64,000 bases of DNA. Source: an uncultured Acidobacteriaceae bacterium. Its GTDB lineage: Bacteria > Acidobacteriota > Terriglobia > Terriglobales > Acidobacteriaceae. Made by a program: the position numbers and the translations under genes. Shown here one piece after another: positions 48,598 through 59,026 of the stretch (positions are counted from its first letter, which is position 1; the number at the start of each line of letters is the position of its first letter). The stretch is from the NCBI GenBank assembly GCA_963784085.1, contig CAWAQH010000006.1, positions 77,620 through 141,619 on the forward strand, written 5' to 3'. The notes beneath the pieces were generated by a model, which made no database searches, was not told the origin of the DNA, and worked only from the letters and a program-made list of their open reading frames with translations.

Positions 48598-51122
48598 GGT
48601 TCCACCTTCCAAATCTCGCTGGCATATTCCGCAATCGAGCGATCGCTCGAAAACTTCCCGGAGCTGGCGACGTTCAGAATGGCTTTCTGCGCCCATGCGG
48701 CGGGTTCAGCATAGAGCGCGCCCAACCGGTCTTGTGCGTTGCAATAGGAGGTCAGGTCCGCAAGATTCATATAGTGATCGCCCTGGGTCAGAAGCGCATC
48801 GCGCAAGGAAGCGAATACTCCGGGCTCATTACGGCTGAAGTAGTCAGAGAAAATCAGGTCGAGAGCGGCTCGCGTTTCCGGCTCATGTTCATAATGCCAG
48901 TTCGGGTTGTACGAAGCGCGGCTGTTCTCGACCTGCTCCACCGTGAGGCCGAACAGGAACATGTTTTCTTCTCCGGCCTCCTCCGCCATTTCGATGGTCG
49001 CGCCGTCGCGGGTTCCGACGGTTAAGGCTCCGTTCATCATAAATTTCATGTTACTGGTTCCACTGGCCTCGTAGCCTGCGGTCGAGATCTGGTTGGAGAC
49101 ATCGCTGGCTGGAATCAGCCGCTCCGCCAACGAAACGTTGTACTCAGGGAGAAAGACGACGTTCAGCCGGCCGTGCGCCACAGGGTCGGCGTCAATCGTG
49201 GCCGCCAGGTTGTTGATGAACTTTATGATGAGCTTGGCTAGTGTGTAAGCCGGCGCGGCTTTACCGGCGAAGAAAAATGTTCGAGGCACCATCTTCATGG
49301 CGGGATTTTGACGCAGCCGGTTATAAACGATCACAATGCGCAACGCATTCATCAATTGCCTTTTATATTCGTGAATACGCTTGATATGGCAGTCGAAGAT
49401 GGTATCGGGGTCCACGACACGCCCCGACGTTGACTTGAGCCAATCGGCAAACTGCGCTTTGGCCTCCCGCTTGGACGAGAGCAGGCGCTCGCGAGCGCTG
49501 GAATCCTCGGCGAATGGTTTGAGCTGCTTGAGCAGGCTAAGATCCGTAATCCAGCGATCTCCGATGGCTTGTGTGATGGCGCGGGCGAGCGCGGGATTGG
49601 CCTCGAGCAACCAGCGCCGGGGCGTCACTCCGTTAGTCTTGTTGTTAAAGCGCTCGGGAAACATTTCCGCGAGATCCTTGACCGTGGTGGTTCGCAGCAG
49701 CTTGGAATGGATAGCAGATACCCCGTTGGTGCTATGCGAGCCAACGATGGCAAGGTTGGCCATCCGGATTTTGCGCTGGCTTCCTTCTTCCACCAGGCTG
49801 ATGCGCTGCACGCGCCCCTCGTCGCCGGGGAAGCGAGCGCGAACTTCGTCGAGCAGCCGGCGGTTGATCTCGTAAATGAGCTCCAGGTGACGAGGAAGCA
49901 GTTTCTCAAACCACGCTACCGGCCATTTCTCCAGAGCCTCAGGCAGCAAGGTGTGATTTGTGTACCCGAGTGTCTTCTTGGTCAGGTCCCAGGCCTGGTC
50001 CCATCCCAGGTGCGCATCGTCGAGCAAGATTCGCAGCAGTTCAGGGACCGACATGGAAGGATGAGTATCATTGAGTTGAATCGCGGCTTTCTCCGGAAAC
50101 TTTTCCCAATCCGAGTTGTGGCGCAGGAAACGGCGCACCAGGTCGGCCATGGAACACGCGACCAGGAAATACTCCTGCAGAAAGCGCAGCCCCTGTCCCT
50201 TCGTCGTGGAATCGTCGGGATATAGCACGCGGGTCAGTGACTCGGCCTGGAGAGTTTCTCCGAGTGCGCCCACGAAATCTCCGGTGCCAAACTTCTCTAA
50301 ATCGAAATATTCAGGCGCCGCCGCGGCCCAGAGCCGGAGCGTGTTAATCGTCTTTCCACCGTAGCCCACCACAGGACGGTCAAACGGGATACCGATCAGA
50401 CTCGAAGGCCGGTCGGGAATGACTTGAAAATTACCTCCCTGCAACTTGAACGAGACGTTCAACTTCACCTCTACGTTCTCGTGAAGCCGCGAAATTTCCC
50501 AGGGATCGCCATAGCGAAGCCAGTTGTCAGGATTCTCTTTTTGCCAGCCGTCTACGATCGTTTGCTTGAACATGCCGTACTCATAGCGCAAACCGTAGCC
50601 GGTGCCGGGCAGTTGCATGGTCGCCATCGAGTCGAGAAAGCACGCCGCGAGGCGGCCCAGGCCGCCGTTGCCCAACCCGGCATCTGGTTCCTGCTCGACC
50701 AGTTCAAGCCAGTCGATCCCGTTCTGTCGAGCTGCATCCGGCAGAAGCGGGTCGAGCAACAGGTTGGTGATGTTGTTGGCCAACGAACGTCCGATGAGAA
50801 ACTCCATGGAGAGGTAATAAATGCGTTTGGCGTTTTGCCGTTCATAAGTGTTTTTGGTGAGCACCCAACGCTGGGCGAGAAGGTCTCGCACGGAAGAGGA
50901 GAACGCCTCAAAGCGCTCACGAGCACTCGCTACTTTCGGATCGATCGCTCTATCAAAAACCAGGTGCCGTTCATAAGAGGCGTTTTCCGTCCCGATAAAC
51001 GGCATCGCGCCGTACCCGTGTTGTTCGAGAACATCTGAGACATTGGTTGCGCTGGTCTTCACCACGCTAGTAACGGGAGCGACTCTTGCGGAACTCGAGG
51101 TCACGACGCGATTGGTGCTCAT
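48582..51122 (-). CDS. glgP: Glycogen/maltodextrin phosphorylase
   Basis: 846 aa. [23 protein letters not shown] and the PLP-lysine region [14 protein letters not shown]. Confidence 0.93.
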   Translation of the reverse strand: MSTNRVVTSSSARVAPVTSVVKTSATNVSDVLEQHGYGAMPFIGTENASYERHLVFDRAIDPKVASARERFEAFSSSVRDLLAQRWVLTKNTYERQNAKRIYYLSMEFLIGRSLANNITNLLLDPLLPDAARQNGIDWLELVEQEPDAGLGNGGLGRLAACFLDSMATMQLPGTGYGLRYEYGMFKQTIVDGWQKENPDNWLRYGDPWEISRLHENVEVKLNVSFKLQGGNFQVIPDRPSSLIGIPFDRPVVGYGGKTINTLRLWAAAAPEYFDLEKFGTGDFVGALGETLQAESLTRVLYPDDSTTKGQGLRFLQEYFLVACSMADLVRRFLRHNSDWEKFPEKAAIQLNDTHPSMSVPELLRILLDDAHLGWDQAWDLTKKTLGYTNHTLLPEALEKWPVAWFEKLLPRHLELIYEINRRLLDEVRARFPGDEGRVQRISLVEEGSQRKIRMANLAIVGSHSTNGVSAIHSKLLRTTTVKDLAEMFPERFNNKTNGVTPRRWLLEANPALARAITQAIGDRWITDLSLLKQLKPFAEDSSARERLLSSKREAKAQFADWLKSTSGRVVDPDTIFDCHIKRIHEYKRQLMNALRIVIVYNRLRQNPAMKMVPRTFFFAGKAAPAYTLAKLIIKFINNLAATIDADPVAHGRLNVVFLPEYNVSLAERLIPASDVSNQISTAGYEASGTSNMKFMMNGALTVGTRDGATIEMAEEAGEENMFLFGLTVEQVENSRASYNPNWHYEHEPETRAALDLIFSDYFSRNEPGVFASLRDALLTQGDHYMNLADLTSYCNAQDRLGALYAEPAAWAQKAILNVASSGKFSSDRSIAEYASEIWKVEPCPVP

Positions 51123-51173
51123 AAGATGGGCCTCAGTTTTTCACGAGGAGGTGTTTGTATTCAAGGTTCAAAG

Positions 51174-51434
51174 CTACTCAGAGTAGAGCGTCTCGCCTGA
51201 CTCAAGCTCAATTCCTGAAGCCAACAGGTAGGCGCGCACGATCTCTTCGGCTGCAAGCCAATCCATCTCAGGCGAACCCAGCGGAGAGCCTCTTTTTTCC
51301 CAGAGCTGGTAAGCGACTTTCTGCACGAGTTCATGACGGTCCTCTCCATAAAAATCGGTCAGTGGCTCGGTCTGTTGCATCCGGTCTTCGCTCTTGGCGG
51401 GGTTGCGTGGTGCCGAATTGATGTTGAGGACCAT
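51174..51434 (-). CDS. DUF2934 family small protein
   Basis: 86 aa. VAYQLWEKRGSPLGSPEMDWLAAEEIV matches the DUF2934 core (AY.LWE.RG...G....DW..AE). Confidence 0.65.
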   Translation of the reverse strand: MVLNINSAPRNPAKSEDRMQQTEPLTDFYGEDRHELVQKVAYQLWEKRGSPLGSPEMDWLAAEEIVRAYLLASGIELESGETLYSE

Positions 51435-51837
51435 CGCTTAGTTGCTTGCTTTCTATAAATTACACCCGAAGTGCTCCGGTGATTCAATAGGACGATGGTA
51501 TTAGCGATACCTGAATGCATTGGGCCTGGAGAAATGAGACACGCGCCGGTTTGTACTCATATTCCCAGTCCGCTTTTGCCGGCACCGATACGTGCGTCCA
51601 ATAGATTCGGTCATCGCGATGGGCGAGCGGACGGCGCTAGCGCCCAAAGAGAAAATCTGAAGCTCGGCAGTCAATACTATCGTCCAATTGTTTATCTTCC
51701 AGGCTTCTGTTCTGATGTTTTGCGTCGATCGAACTCGATCATAAATCGTCACAACCGGGACTTAGGCAGACGACATCAGGTTTAAGGCGAAGTTAGGATT
51801 TCAGTTCACAAAACCATACCGAATGGAGGAAACGATT

Positions 51838-52356
51838 ATGAAACGCTTCACGTTTCTGTTGGTTGCAGTTGTAACCATGGCCGGCCTTCTCATCCTCATT
51901 GCCCCTGCCCCAGGCCACGCGGATGGGCAGCCCACCCCCTACGTTACCGAAATCCCTCAAGGATATCGTGACTGGAGATGGATTTCCTCGGCCCATGAAG
52001 CAGGCAACCTCAACAGTTTAGGCGCCCTCCTGGGCAATGATGTAGCGATCAAGGCTTTCCGGGAAGGGAAGCTTCCATACCCGGACGGCACAATCCTAGC
52101 TGCTTTGCATTACCGTAACGTCCCATCAGCGGAAAACAATAAGATCTTTGGCCAAGCCCAATCTTTCGTTCCCGGTGCCCCCACGAACATTCAGTTTATG
52201 GTGAAGGACTCGACAAAGTACGCCGCAACCGGCGGATGGGGGTTTGGTCACTTCGCGGACGGAAAATCTGGCGACGCGGCATTTATGAAAAGCTGCTTCC
52301 CATGCCACGAGAAGACCAAAGCGACCGACCTTGTCTTCACCCATTACGCACCCTAA
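51838..52356 (+). CDS. Cytochrome P460 family protein (periplasmic mono-haem)
   Basis: GGAGGA RBS. MKRFTFLLVAVVTMAGLLILIAPAPGHA signal peptide. C-terminal haem motif CFPCH. Confidence 0.75.
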   Translation: MKRFTFLLVAVVTMAGLLILIAPAPGHADGQPTPYVTEIPQGYRDWRWISSAHEAGNLNSLGALLGNDVAIKAFREGKLPYPDGTILAALHYRNVPSAENNKIFGQAQSFVPGAPTNIQFMVKDSTKYAATGGWGFGHFADGKSGDAAFMKSCFPCHEKTKATDLVFTHYAP

Positions 52357-52406
52357 TGCTGAACCGAAAGGCTTCGGCAATGATCCAATAAGTGGGAGGA
52401 AGACTT

Positions 52407-53450
52407 ATGGCAACGGAAAGAGTAGTACCCATGAAGCTGGCGCGGATGAAGGTTGCGCAGGTTTCTAGACCTGGAGCGGATTTTGAGATTGTGGAGCGCG
52501 AGATTCCTGAGCCGGATGCAGGGCAGGTCCGCATCAAGGTGCAGGCCTGCGGCGTTTGCCACAGTGATGTGCTTACCAAGGAAGGCTTGTGGCCTGGAAT
52601 TCAGTATCCCCGCGTTCCAGGACACGAAGTGGCTGGCATCATCGATGAAGTGGGTGCCGGCGTTTCCGCGTGGAAGAAAGGGCAGCGCGTCGGTGTGGGC
52701 TGGCACGGCGGCCAGGACAACACATGCCGGGAGTGCCGGCGCGGAGATTTTCGCAATTGCCGGAACCTGAAAATTTGTGGCATCAGCTACGACGGAGGCT
52801 ACCAGCAATACATGGTTGCTTCGGTGGAGGCGCTGGTGTCGATACCCGATGGTTTACACGATGTTGATGCCGCGCCGCTGCTGTGCGCCGGCATTACGAC
52901 CTACAACGCATTGCGGCACAGTGGTGCGCTTCCCGGCGATCTGGTTGCGGTGCAGGGGATCGGCGGCCTGGGTCATCTTGGAATTCAGTTCGCGAACAAG
53001 TTTGGTTATAGGGTCGCCGCGATCGGGCGCGGATCTGAAAACACGGCGCTCGCGAAGAAGCTGGGAGCGAGTGTCTACATCGATAGCAGCGCGACCAAGG
53101 CTGCCGAAGCATTGCAGAAGCTGGGCGGGGCGCGGGTGATTCTAGCGACGGCGCCAAACTCGAAGGCAATGTCTGAACTGATCGACGGCCTCGGCCCGAA
53201 TGGCGAGCTCATGGTAGTCGGTGCGAGCGCTGATCCCATCGAGGTCACGCCGCTACAACTCATTAACGGAAGTCGAACGATTCAGGGCTGGGCCTCGGGA
53301 ACGCCAGCAGATTCCGAGGACACCCTGAACTTCGCCGAACTGAGCGGGGTGCGTCCCATGATCGAAACCTATCCGCTGGAACGGGCCGCCGAAGCTTACG
53401 CGCGCATGATGAGCGGCAAAGCAGAGTTTCGCGTGGTTTTGACGATGTAA
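52407..53450 (+). CDS. Zinc-dependent alcohol dehydrogenase (AdhP-like)
   Basis: GGGAGGAAG RBS before ATG 52407. CGVCHSD, GHEVAG, structural-zinc CRECRRGDFRNC, and NAD motif GIGGLGH. Confidence 0.88.
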   Translation: MATERVVPMKLARMKVAQVSRPGADFEIVEREIPEPDAGQVRIKVQACGVCHSDVLTKEGLWPGIQYPRVPGHEVAGIIDEVGAGVSAWKKGQRVGVGWHGGQDNTCRECRRGDFRNCRNLKICGISYDGGYQQYMVASVEALVSIPDGLHDVDAAPLLCAGITTYNALRHSGALPGDLVAVQGIGGLGHLGIQFANKFGYRVAAIGRGSENTALAKKLGASVYIDSSATKAAEALQKLGGARVILATAPNSKAMSELIDGLGPNGELMVVGASADPIEVTPLQLINGSRTIQGWASGTPADSEDTLNFAELSGVRPMIETYPLERAAEAYARMMSGKAEFRVVLTM

Positions 53451-53512
53451 AAATTGACTGAAAAATGAAGGCAGCACACGAAAATCTGGCAACATCTAGG
53501 AGAAAATAGTTT

Positions 53513-54511
53513 ATGTCGCATCATTACTCCGGTCCGGACTTTGGCTTTCCCCACGGGGACGCCCGCCTCGATTTTACTGACTTGTACGTCTTCCCGAAGC
53601 CTGGGGATGCCAGCAAGTCGATCCTGATTATGAACGTGCATCCGTCGGCCGGTGTGAATCCGCCGGGGCCTACGACCGATGTTCCCTTCGCGACTGAGGC
53701 CGTCTATGAACTCAGGATTGATACCAACGGCGATGCCGTCGCCGATATCGCTTATCGAATCCGTTTCGCCTCAGACAAAAGCGGGCTGCAGACTGCGACA
53801 CTTCGCCGCGTCGAGGGCGCGCAGGCCGCCGGGATGGGCGACGACGGGCAAGTGATTGTCGAGGGTGCGCCGGTCTCGACCGGGCTGGATACAAAGGTGA
53901 CGGAGGCTGGCAACTACCGCTTCTTCGCGGGCTGGCGCAGCGATCCTTTTTTCTTCGATGTAAATGGAGCCCTGAACAACCTGCAGTTCACCGGTGACGA
54001 TTACTTCACCGACAAGGACGTCTGCAGCATCGTGCTGGAGATGCCCAACTCTGCTCTGGGTTCTAAAAAGGTGGGCTTGTGGGCTCGCACGCTGGACGGT
54101 GCAGCCGGAAAGTGGGTCCAAGCCGATCGCGGTGCACGGTCAAATCAAACTCCCTTCCTTGCCGGCGAGGCGAACGCCGCATATCTCGCTGCGGAGCCGG
54201 CGGGTGATGCCAGTTTCATCCCAGTCTTCGTGCACGCGCTCGAGCACGCGGGCGGGTACACGCGGGCGGATGCAACGCGCGTCGCCGGGACCATGCTGCC
54301 GGATATCCTCCGCTACGTTCCCACGCGGCCGGCGTCCTACCCGGAGAATGGCCGGGCACTCACCGACGACGTCGTAGATTTTTTCCTTCCTCTCCTTACC
54401 AATGGAAAGGTGACGCAAGATAAGGTCGGGCCGCACAAGGACCTGCTCACGTCGTTCCCGTACGTTGGCCCGCCGCACAAGGCGCGATCGGCGGGAAAGG
54501 TGGCCGCCTAG
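53513..54511 (+). CDS. DUF4331 family protein (function unknown)
   Basis: 332 aa. The N-terminus MSHHYSGPDFGFPHGDARLDFTDLYVFP resembles the DUF4331 signature as I remember it. No signal peptide seen. Confidence 0.55.
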   Translation: MSHHYSGPDFGFPHGDARLDFTDLYVFPKPGDASKSILIMNVHPSAGVNPPGPTTDVPFATEAVYELRIDTNGDAVADIAYRIRFASDKSGLQTATLRRVEGAQAAGMGDDGQVIVEGAPVSTGLDTKVTEAGNYRFFAGWRSDPFFFDVNGALNNLQFTGDDYFTDKDVCSIVLEMPNSALGSKKVGLWARTLDGAAGKWVQADRGARSNQTPFLAGEANAAYLAAEPAGDASFIPVFVHALEHAGGYTRADATRVAGTMLPDILRYVPTRPASYPENGRALTDDVVDFFLPLLTNGKVTQDKVGPHKDLLTSFPYVGPPHKARSAGKVAA

Positions 54512-54527
54512 ATCGAAAAGGTCGTCT

Positions 54528-55238
54528 ATGCCTGGCAAAAAAACTGTAATCATTACCGGGGCATCGGGAGGGATCGGCGCGGCTTTAGTCCGGGGATTTC
54601 TGGAGGAAGGCTATAACGTCGTCGGAACCTCTCGTGATGCCAGTCGAAAGCTGACTGCCTCAGCTAGCCTCGTTCTGCTCGATGGTGATATCGGCAAGCA
54701 GCAAACCGCTGCCGATGCCGTCGAGGCGGCAATCAAGAGCTTCGGGACGGTCGATGTTTTGGTGAATAACGCCGGCATCTTCCTGACCAGGCCCTTCACT
54801 GATTTCACGATCGAGGATTTCGATGCCCTGGTCTCCGTTAATCTGCTGGGGTTCTTCCACATTACTCAGCGCGCTGTGAAGGAGATGTTGAAACAGAAAT
54901 CGGGGTGCGTTGTGACGATCACCGCGGCGCTGGCCGATCGGCCAATCGCTGGCGTAAATGGCTCCGTTTCGATGATCACAAAAGGTGGCTTGAATTCAGC
55001 GACCCAGAATCTCGCAACCGAGTACGCAAAGGACGGCATTCGCTTTAATGCAGTAGCTCCTGGCGAGGTGGATTCACCGATGCACAGCAATGATCCCAAA
55101 GACTCTACGTTGCAGCCGACCAGGAACAGGGCGACGGTGAAGGAGATCGTCGATGCCGTTCTTTATCTGGCACAGGCAGGTCATGTGAGCGGAGAGATAC
55201 TCCACGTGGATGGCGCCGCTCCGGCTCGTCGTTGGTAG
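54528..55238 (+). CDS. SDR family oxidoreductase
   Basis: From ATG 54528: KTVIITGASGGIGAAL and NNAG. Only a 16-nt gap after the DUF4331 gene. Confidence 0.85.
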   Translation: MPGKKTVIITGASGGIGAALVRGFLEEGYNVVGTSRDASRKLTASASLVLLDGDIGKQQTAADAVEAAIKSFGTVDVLVNNAGIFLTRPFTDFTIEDFDALVSVNLLGFFHITQRAVKEMLKQKSGCVVTITAALADRPIAGVNGSVSMITKGGLNSATQNLATEYAKDGIRFNAVAPGEVDSPMHSNDPKDSTLQPTRNRATVKEIVDAVLYLAQAGHVSGEILHVDGAAPARRW

Positions 55239-55313
55239 CAGACGATTCCAGTTCGGTCGGGATGAAGGGTATGGGGTATCGTTACAGCACATCCTCGGAC
55301 GGAAGGACAAGAG

Positions 55314-55787
55314 ATGGATTGGAAATGGTTGATCCAGTTTGCGCTGCAGGGGAGCAGTGAGTTGGAACAATACGCCATCCTGCTGGTGCGGGTTTCGATC
55401 GGGCTGTTCTTCGCAATCTCAGGCGGAAACAAATTGTTCGTCCCGGGCGGCACCAAGCCTGTTTACGACACGCTCGTCAAGGCGAAAGTCCCGTTTCCCC
55501 GCCAGACGGCTTATTTCGTCGCGAGTGTCGAGTTCGTTGGCGGATCCCTGCTGACCGTGGGGTTTCTTTCGAGCGTCGCCTGTACGGCTTTATTGATCGA
55601 TATGGCTGTTGCCACCCTGACCAGCGCGGTTTCCACTCTGCCGAAAGGGCTCTCGCCTTTGAACTGGCTCGACGACTTCCTCTACCTTCCGGAAGTCTTG
55701 TACGTGCTCTTCTTTGCCTGGCTGATCAGCTCTGGTCCGGGAAAGTTTAGTGTCGATTACTGGCTCGCCGGCAAGTTAGTGGGATGA
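55314..55787 (+). CDS. DoxX family membrane protein
   Basis: 157 aa. LLVRVSIGLFFAISGGNKLF motif and four hydrophobic segments. Confidence 0.75.
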   Translation: MDWKWLIQFALQGSSELEQYAILLVRVSIGLFFAISGGNKLFVPGGTKPVYDTLVKAKVPFPRQTAYFVASVEFVGGSLLTVGFLSSVACTALLIDMAVATLTSAVSTLPKGLSPLNWLDDFLYLPEVLYVLFFAWLISSGPGKFSVDYWLAGKLVG

Positions 55788-55827
55788 TTGAGCGACGAAG
55801 AGGCTGGTGCAGAAAAGGACGGTGTAA

Positions 55828-55980
55828 ATGACAGAAGATCGAACGTGGCAATGGGTCGTATTCGCCATTTTCTTCGTTCTTTCCCCTATCATTTTCCATC
55901 CTTGGTGGCTCGCAGTTCTTTCCATAGCCTTGTTTGGCCTGCTGGCTCATTTTCTTTTTCCGAAACAAAATTCAAAGTAG
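55828..55980 (+). CDS. Possible 50-aa two-TM membrane peptide (below the track length cut-off)
   Basis: My translation: MTEDRTWQWVVFAIFFVLSPIIFHPWWLAVLSIALFGLLAHFLFPKQNSK. AAGGA lies 8 nt upstream. It starts 40 nt after the DoxX gene. Confidence 0.3.
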   Translation: MTEDRTWQWVVFAIFFVLSPIIFHPWWLAVLSIALFGLLAHFLFPKQNSK

Positions 55981-55994
55981 CCCCGCCCGGCGAA

Positions 55995-56357
55995 TCACGA
56001 ACCGCTGCTTTTCCGGTGCTCGCACATTTTGGTATTCAAACAAGAATCGGCCAGCATCAGGCGTTCGACCGGCTTTCCGCCTAGGATGTGGGACTCGACG
56101 ATTTCGTCGACGTCGGCCTCGGTGACATACCCATACCAGACAGCATCCGGATAGACGACGAGATTGGGACCGTGCTCGCATTGATCGAGACAGCCAGCTT
56201 GATTTGCCCGCACTTTTCCCTTCAGGCCGTGCTCTGCCAGTTTTTGCTTGAATAGTTTTTGCAGTTTCGCCTGGCCTGTGGGATCGCAGCATCCCCGCGG
56301 ATGTTCCGGTGGGCGCTGATTGCCGCAGATAAAGATGTGACGTTCGAATTTAGGCAT
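55995..56357 (-). CDS. Thioredoxin-like [2Fe-2S] ferredoxin family protein
   Basis: From ATG 56357: MPKFERHIFICGNQRPPEHPRGCC...GCLDQCEHGPNLVVYPDAVWYG. The rest of track ORF 55995..56660 looks non-coding. Confidence 0.8.
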   Translation of the reverse strand: MPKFERHIFICGNQRPPEHPRGCCDPTGQAKLQKLFKQKLAEHGLKGKVRANQAGCLDQCEHGPNLVVYPDAVWYGYVTEADVDEIVESHILGGKPVERLMLADSCLNTKMCEHRKSSGS

Positions 56358-56556
56358 AGGACACGGAAACGGATTTCCAAATCCAGAATAGCCGATTCGA
56401 GAGGAACCGGGTGGCGGTTTGGTAGGCTTCCTCTCGTTGCTATTCGCCGCTCGGGCGCGATAAGATAACGAGTACACATCTTCCCCGCTCTTATCCCTGT
56501 TATCCGTTGAAGTATTTGCCGCGGCAAGGCGTGTGCGATCCTGATGTGCTTGAAAC

Positions 56557-57927
56557 ATGTGCGGCGTGGTTGTGCGTCCGCAAATTCCGGCTACGGAGAA
56601 GGCATTGAAACACGGCAAGACCGCAGTAATCGTGGGCGCCCAGTGGGGCGACGAAGGCAAAGGGAAGATTGTCGACGTTTTATCGGAGAATTTTTCCGTG
56701 GTTGCCCGCTACGCCGGCGGCCACAACGCCGGCCATACAGTCATCATCAACGGCAAAAAATTCATCCTGCAATTGGTGCCTTGCGGAGTGTTGCGCACGG
56801 CCTGCCGCAGCGTGATCGGCAACGGCGTGGTGCTCGACCCCATGGCCTTTCTGAAGGAAACCGGGGCGCTGCGCGCTGCGGGAGTCCGTGTCGATGGCAG
56901 TCTTTTTGTTTCCAACCGCGCTCAGGTGATTCTGCCCTACCATCGCATGATCGAACTGGCGGCGGAGAACGCCCCCGGACGTGTGAAAATCGGCACCACA
57001 TCGCGCGGAATCGGTCCAGCCTATGAAGATAAGATGGGCCGCCGCGGTCTGCGCGTGGCTGACCTGCTCGATCTGCAACTGCTGAAGAAGCACATCGAAA
57101 ACGCGGTGCGCGAGAAAAACATGATCGCCCACGCGCTATTCAATTCCGAACCGCTCGACGCCGACAAAATGTATGCGGAATACGCCGCTGCGGCGGGAAA
57201 GATTGCGCCCTTCGTTTGCGACACGGCTGTCCTGTTGAACCAGGCGCTTGCCGACGGCGAGGCCATCTTGTTCGAAGGCGCTCAGGGCACGATGCTCGAT
57301 ATCGATCACGGTACTTATCCCTTTGTTACGTCGTCCAGCGCTACTTCCGGCGGAGCTGCCATCGGCACGGGCGTGGCTCCCAATGCGATTCAATCCGTGA
57401 TCGGCATCACCAAGGCCTATTGCACCCGCGTCGGCGAAGGCCCGTTCCCCAGTGAAGAAAAGGGCGTATTCGGAGAAGACTTACGCAAGCGGGGGAACGA
57501 ATTCGGCGCGGTCACGGGGCGTCCGCGGCGAACGGGTTGGCTCGACATCCCACTGCTGCGCTATGCCGGGATGATCAACGGCATCTCCTGGCTGGTGGTG
57601 ACCAAGCTCGACGTGCTCGACGAACTGGCGGAGATTCCGGTCTGCGTCGGCTACATGGTGGATGGAAAGAAAACCATGGAGATCCCCGCACAAGCCAGCG
57701 GTTACGACAGGCTGGAATGTGTTTACAAGAAAATGCCGGGCTGGCGAACTTCCACGCAGGGTGTGACAAAATTCGATCAACTGCCCAAGGCTGCCCGCGA
57801 ATATCTGACGTTCGTGGAGAAAGAAGCCGGGGCGAAGATCGGCATGATCTCGACCGGGCCGGACCGCGACCAGATCATCTTCATGGACGAATTTGCCAAC
57901 GAAATGAAGGCAAGCTCTCGCCGGTAA
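56557..57927 (+). CDS. purA: Adenylosuccinate synthase
   Basis: VIVGAQWGDEGKGKIVD P-loop, GGHNAGHT and TTSRGIGPAYEDK. The true start may be the TTG at 56605, after GGAGAAGG. Confidence 0.93.
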   Translation: MCGVVVRPQIPATEKALKHGKTAVIVGAQWGDEGKGKIVDVLSENFSVVARYAGGHNAGHTVIINGKKFILQLVPCGVLRTACRSVIGNGVVLDPMAFLKETGALRAAGVRVDGSLFVSNRAQVILPYHRMIELAAENAPGRVKIGTTSRGIGPAYEDKMGRRGLRVADLLDLQLLKKHIENAVREKNMIAHALFNSEPLDADKMYAEYAAAAGKIAPFVCDTAVLLNQALADGEAILFEGAQGTMLDIDHGTYPFVTSSSATSGGAAIGTGVAPNAIQSVIGITKAYCTRVGEGPFPSEEKGVFGEDLRKRGNEFGAVTGRPRRTGWLDIPLLRYAGMINGISWLVVTKLDVLDELAEIPVCVGYMVDGKKTMEIPAQASGYDRLECVYKKMPGWRTSTQGVTKFDQLPKAAREYLTFVEKEAGAKIGMISTGPDRDQIIFMDEFANEMKASSRR

Positions 57928-58169
57928 AGGTAGTGGGCGGTTTGGATTGTCATCCTGAACAAGCGTCCTTTGTGCAGTGAAAGCTTGCCCTGAGCGAAGT
58001 CGAAGGGGATCTGGGCGCGCCGCGCGAAGCGTCGCGTTCTTTGCGACGCAGTAATCGCGCGTCTGGCTCGCTTCCTTATCAAACTGCTCCAGTACCCCGG
58101 TAAATCTAGTCTTGACTTCCACTCCCTCAGGCACTCAGACTACTGACTACTCTACGTAAGGAGCGCACG

Positions 58170-58457
58170 ATGGTGGTTCTGGCGGTGACGTGGATGGCGA
58201 AGGCAGGGCACGACGGCGATGTGGTCCCAATTTTTGCGAAGCTGACGGAAGAATCTCGCAAGGAACCGGGCGTTCTCATGTTCCAGGTGCACCGGCATAA
58301 GACCGAGCCGCGGCGGTTCTTCATCTACGAACAATACCAGGATGAAGCTGCGCTTGAAGCCCACCGTTCGACTGCGCACTTCTTGTTATATGCCCGCAAA
58401 GAATTGCCTAAAGTCGCGGACCGCGTAGAAGGCAATCTGTTCGAACCGCTGGGGTAG
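58170..58457 (+). CDS. Antibiotic biosynthesis monooxygenase (ABM) domain protein
   Basis: 95 aa. ...RKEPGVLMFQVHRHKTEPRRFFIYEQYQDEAALEAHRSTAHF is typical of ABM. Confidence 0.8.
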   Translation: MVVLAVTWMAKAGHDGDVVPIFAKLTEESRKEPGVLMFQVHRHKTEPRRFFIYEQYQDEAALEAHRSTAHFLLYARKELPKVADRVEGNLFEPLG

Positions 58458-58573
58458 GGGGTGTGGCGCGGGCGCCCTCGCCCGCGAACCGGACCCCCCG
58501 CGAACCGGACCCTTGGATAAGTAGCGCCAGCCGTCTCAGCGGGCAGTGTGAGGGCGGGACGCGCCCGCACGCC

Positions 58574-58592
58574 AGCCGGCAGGATGCCGGCT
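58574..58592. repeat. Perfect 8-bp stem hairpin AGCCGGCA-GGA-TGCCGGCT in a REP-like element just 3' of ndk
   Basis: Read directly. There is no T-run, so it is not a classical intrinsic terminator. Confidence 0.5.
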
Positions 58593-58598
58593 GTTACG

Positions 58599-59024
58599 CT
58601 ATTTCGCCAACTCGTATCCCGCAAAAAAGAAACTCAATTCAAAGCGTGCCGTATCCTCGGCGTCGGAGCCGTGAATCGCGTTGTGCTCAATGCTCGATGC
58701 CCACTTCTTGCGGATGGTCCCTTCCTCCGCACTCGCGGGGTTGGTGGCGCCCATCAGCTTGCGCAAGTCGGCGATGGCGTTTTCCTTTTCGAGCGCCAGA
58801 GTTACGATGGGGCCGCTCGACATGAAATCGGTGAGCGAACCGTAGAACGGTCGGCTCGCGTGTACGGCATAGAACTGCTCAGCCTGATGCTTGGAAATTT
58901 CCAGCATTTTCATGGCGAGGATGCGAAAGCCATTCTTCTCGAACTGTTCAATGATGTCGCCGACCGCATTCTTGGCGACAGCGTCAGGTTTCACGATAGT
59001 AAGAGTGCGCTGTAGAGTTTTCAT
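58599..59024 (-). CDS. ndk: Nucleoside-diphosphate kinase
   Basis: 141 aa: [11 protein letters not shown]...NAIHGSD. Confidence 0.95.
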   Translation of the reverse strand: MKTLQRTLTIVKPDAVAKNAVGDIIEQFEKNGFRILAMKMLEISKHQAEQFYAVHASRPFYGSLTDFMSSGPIVTLALEKENAIADLRKLMGATNPASAEEGTIRKKWASSIEHNAIHGSDAEDTARFELSFFFAGYELAK

Positions 59025-59026
59025 AG

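Noticed and set aside
51435-51837. A 400-bp AT-rich non-coding stretch as a possible riboswitch or sRNA; track ORFs 51495..51785 and 51501..51752
   Set aside because: I could not recognise any known riboswitch core or conserved structure by eye. The ORFs lack an RBS and have implausible composition. It is left as unexplained intergenic DNA and noted under the redox-cassette finding.
43866-56000. tRNA-Arg-anchored genomic island spanning the glycogen genes and the redox cassette
   Set aside because: I found no integrase, no mobility genes and no direct repeat of the tRNA 3' end. The lower GC is only a visual impression. It is downgraded to a low-interest note.
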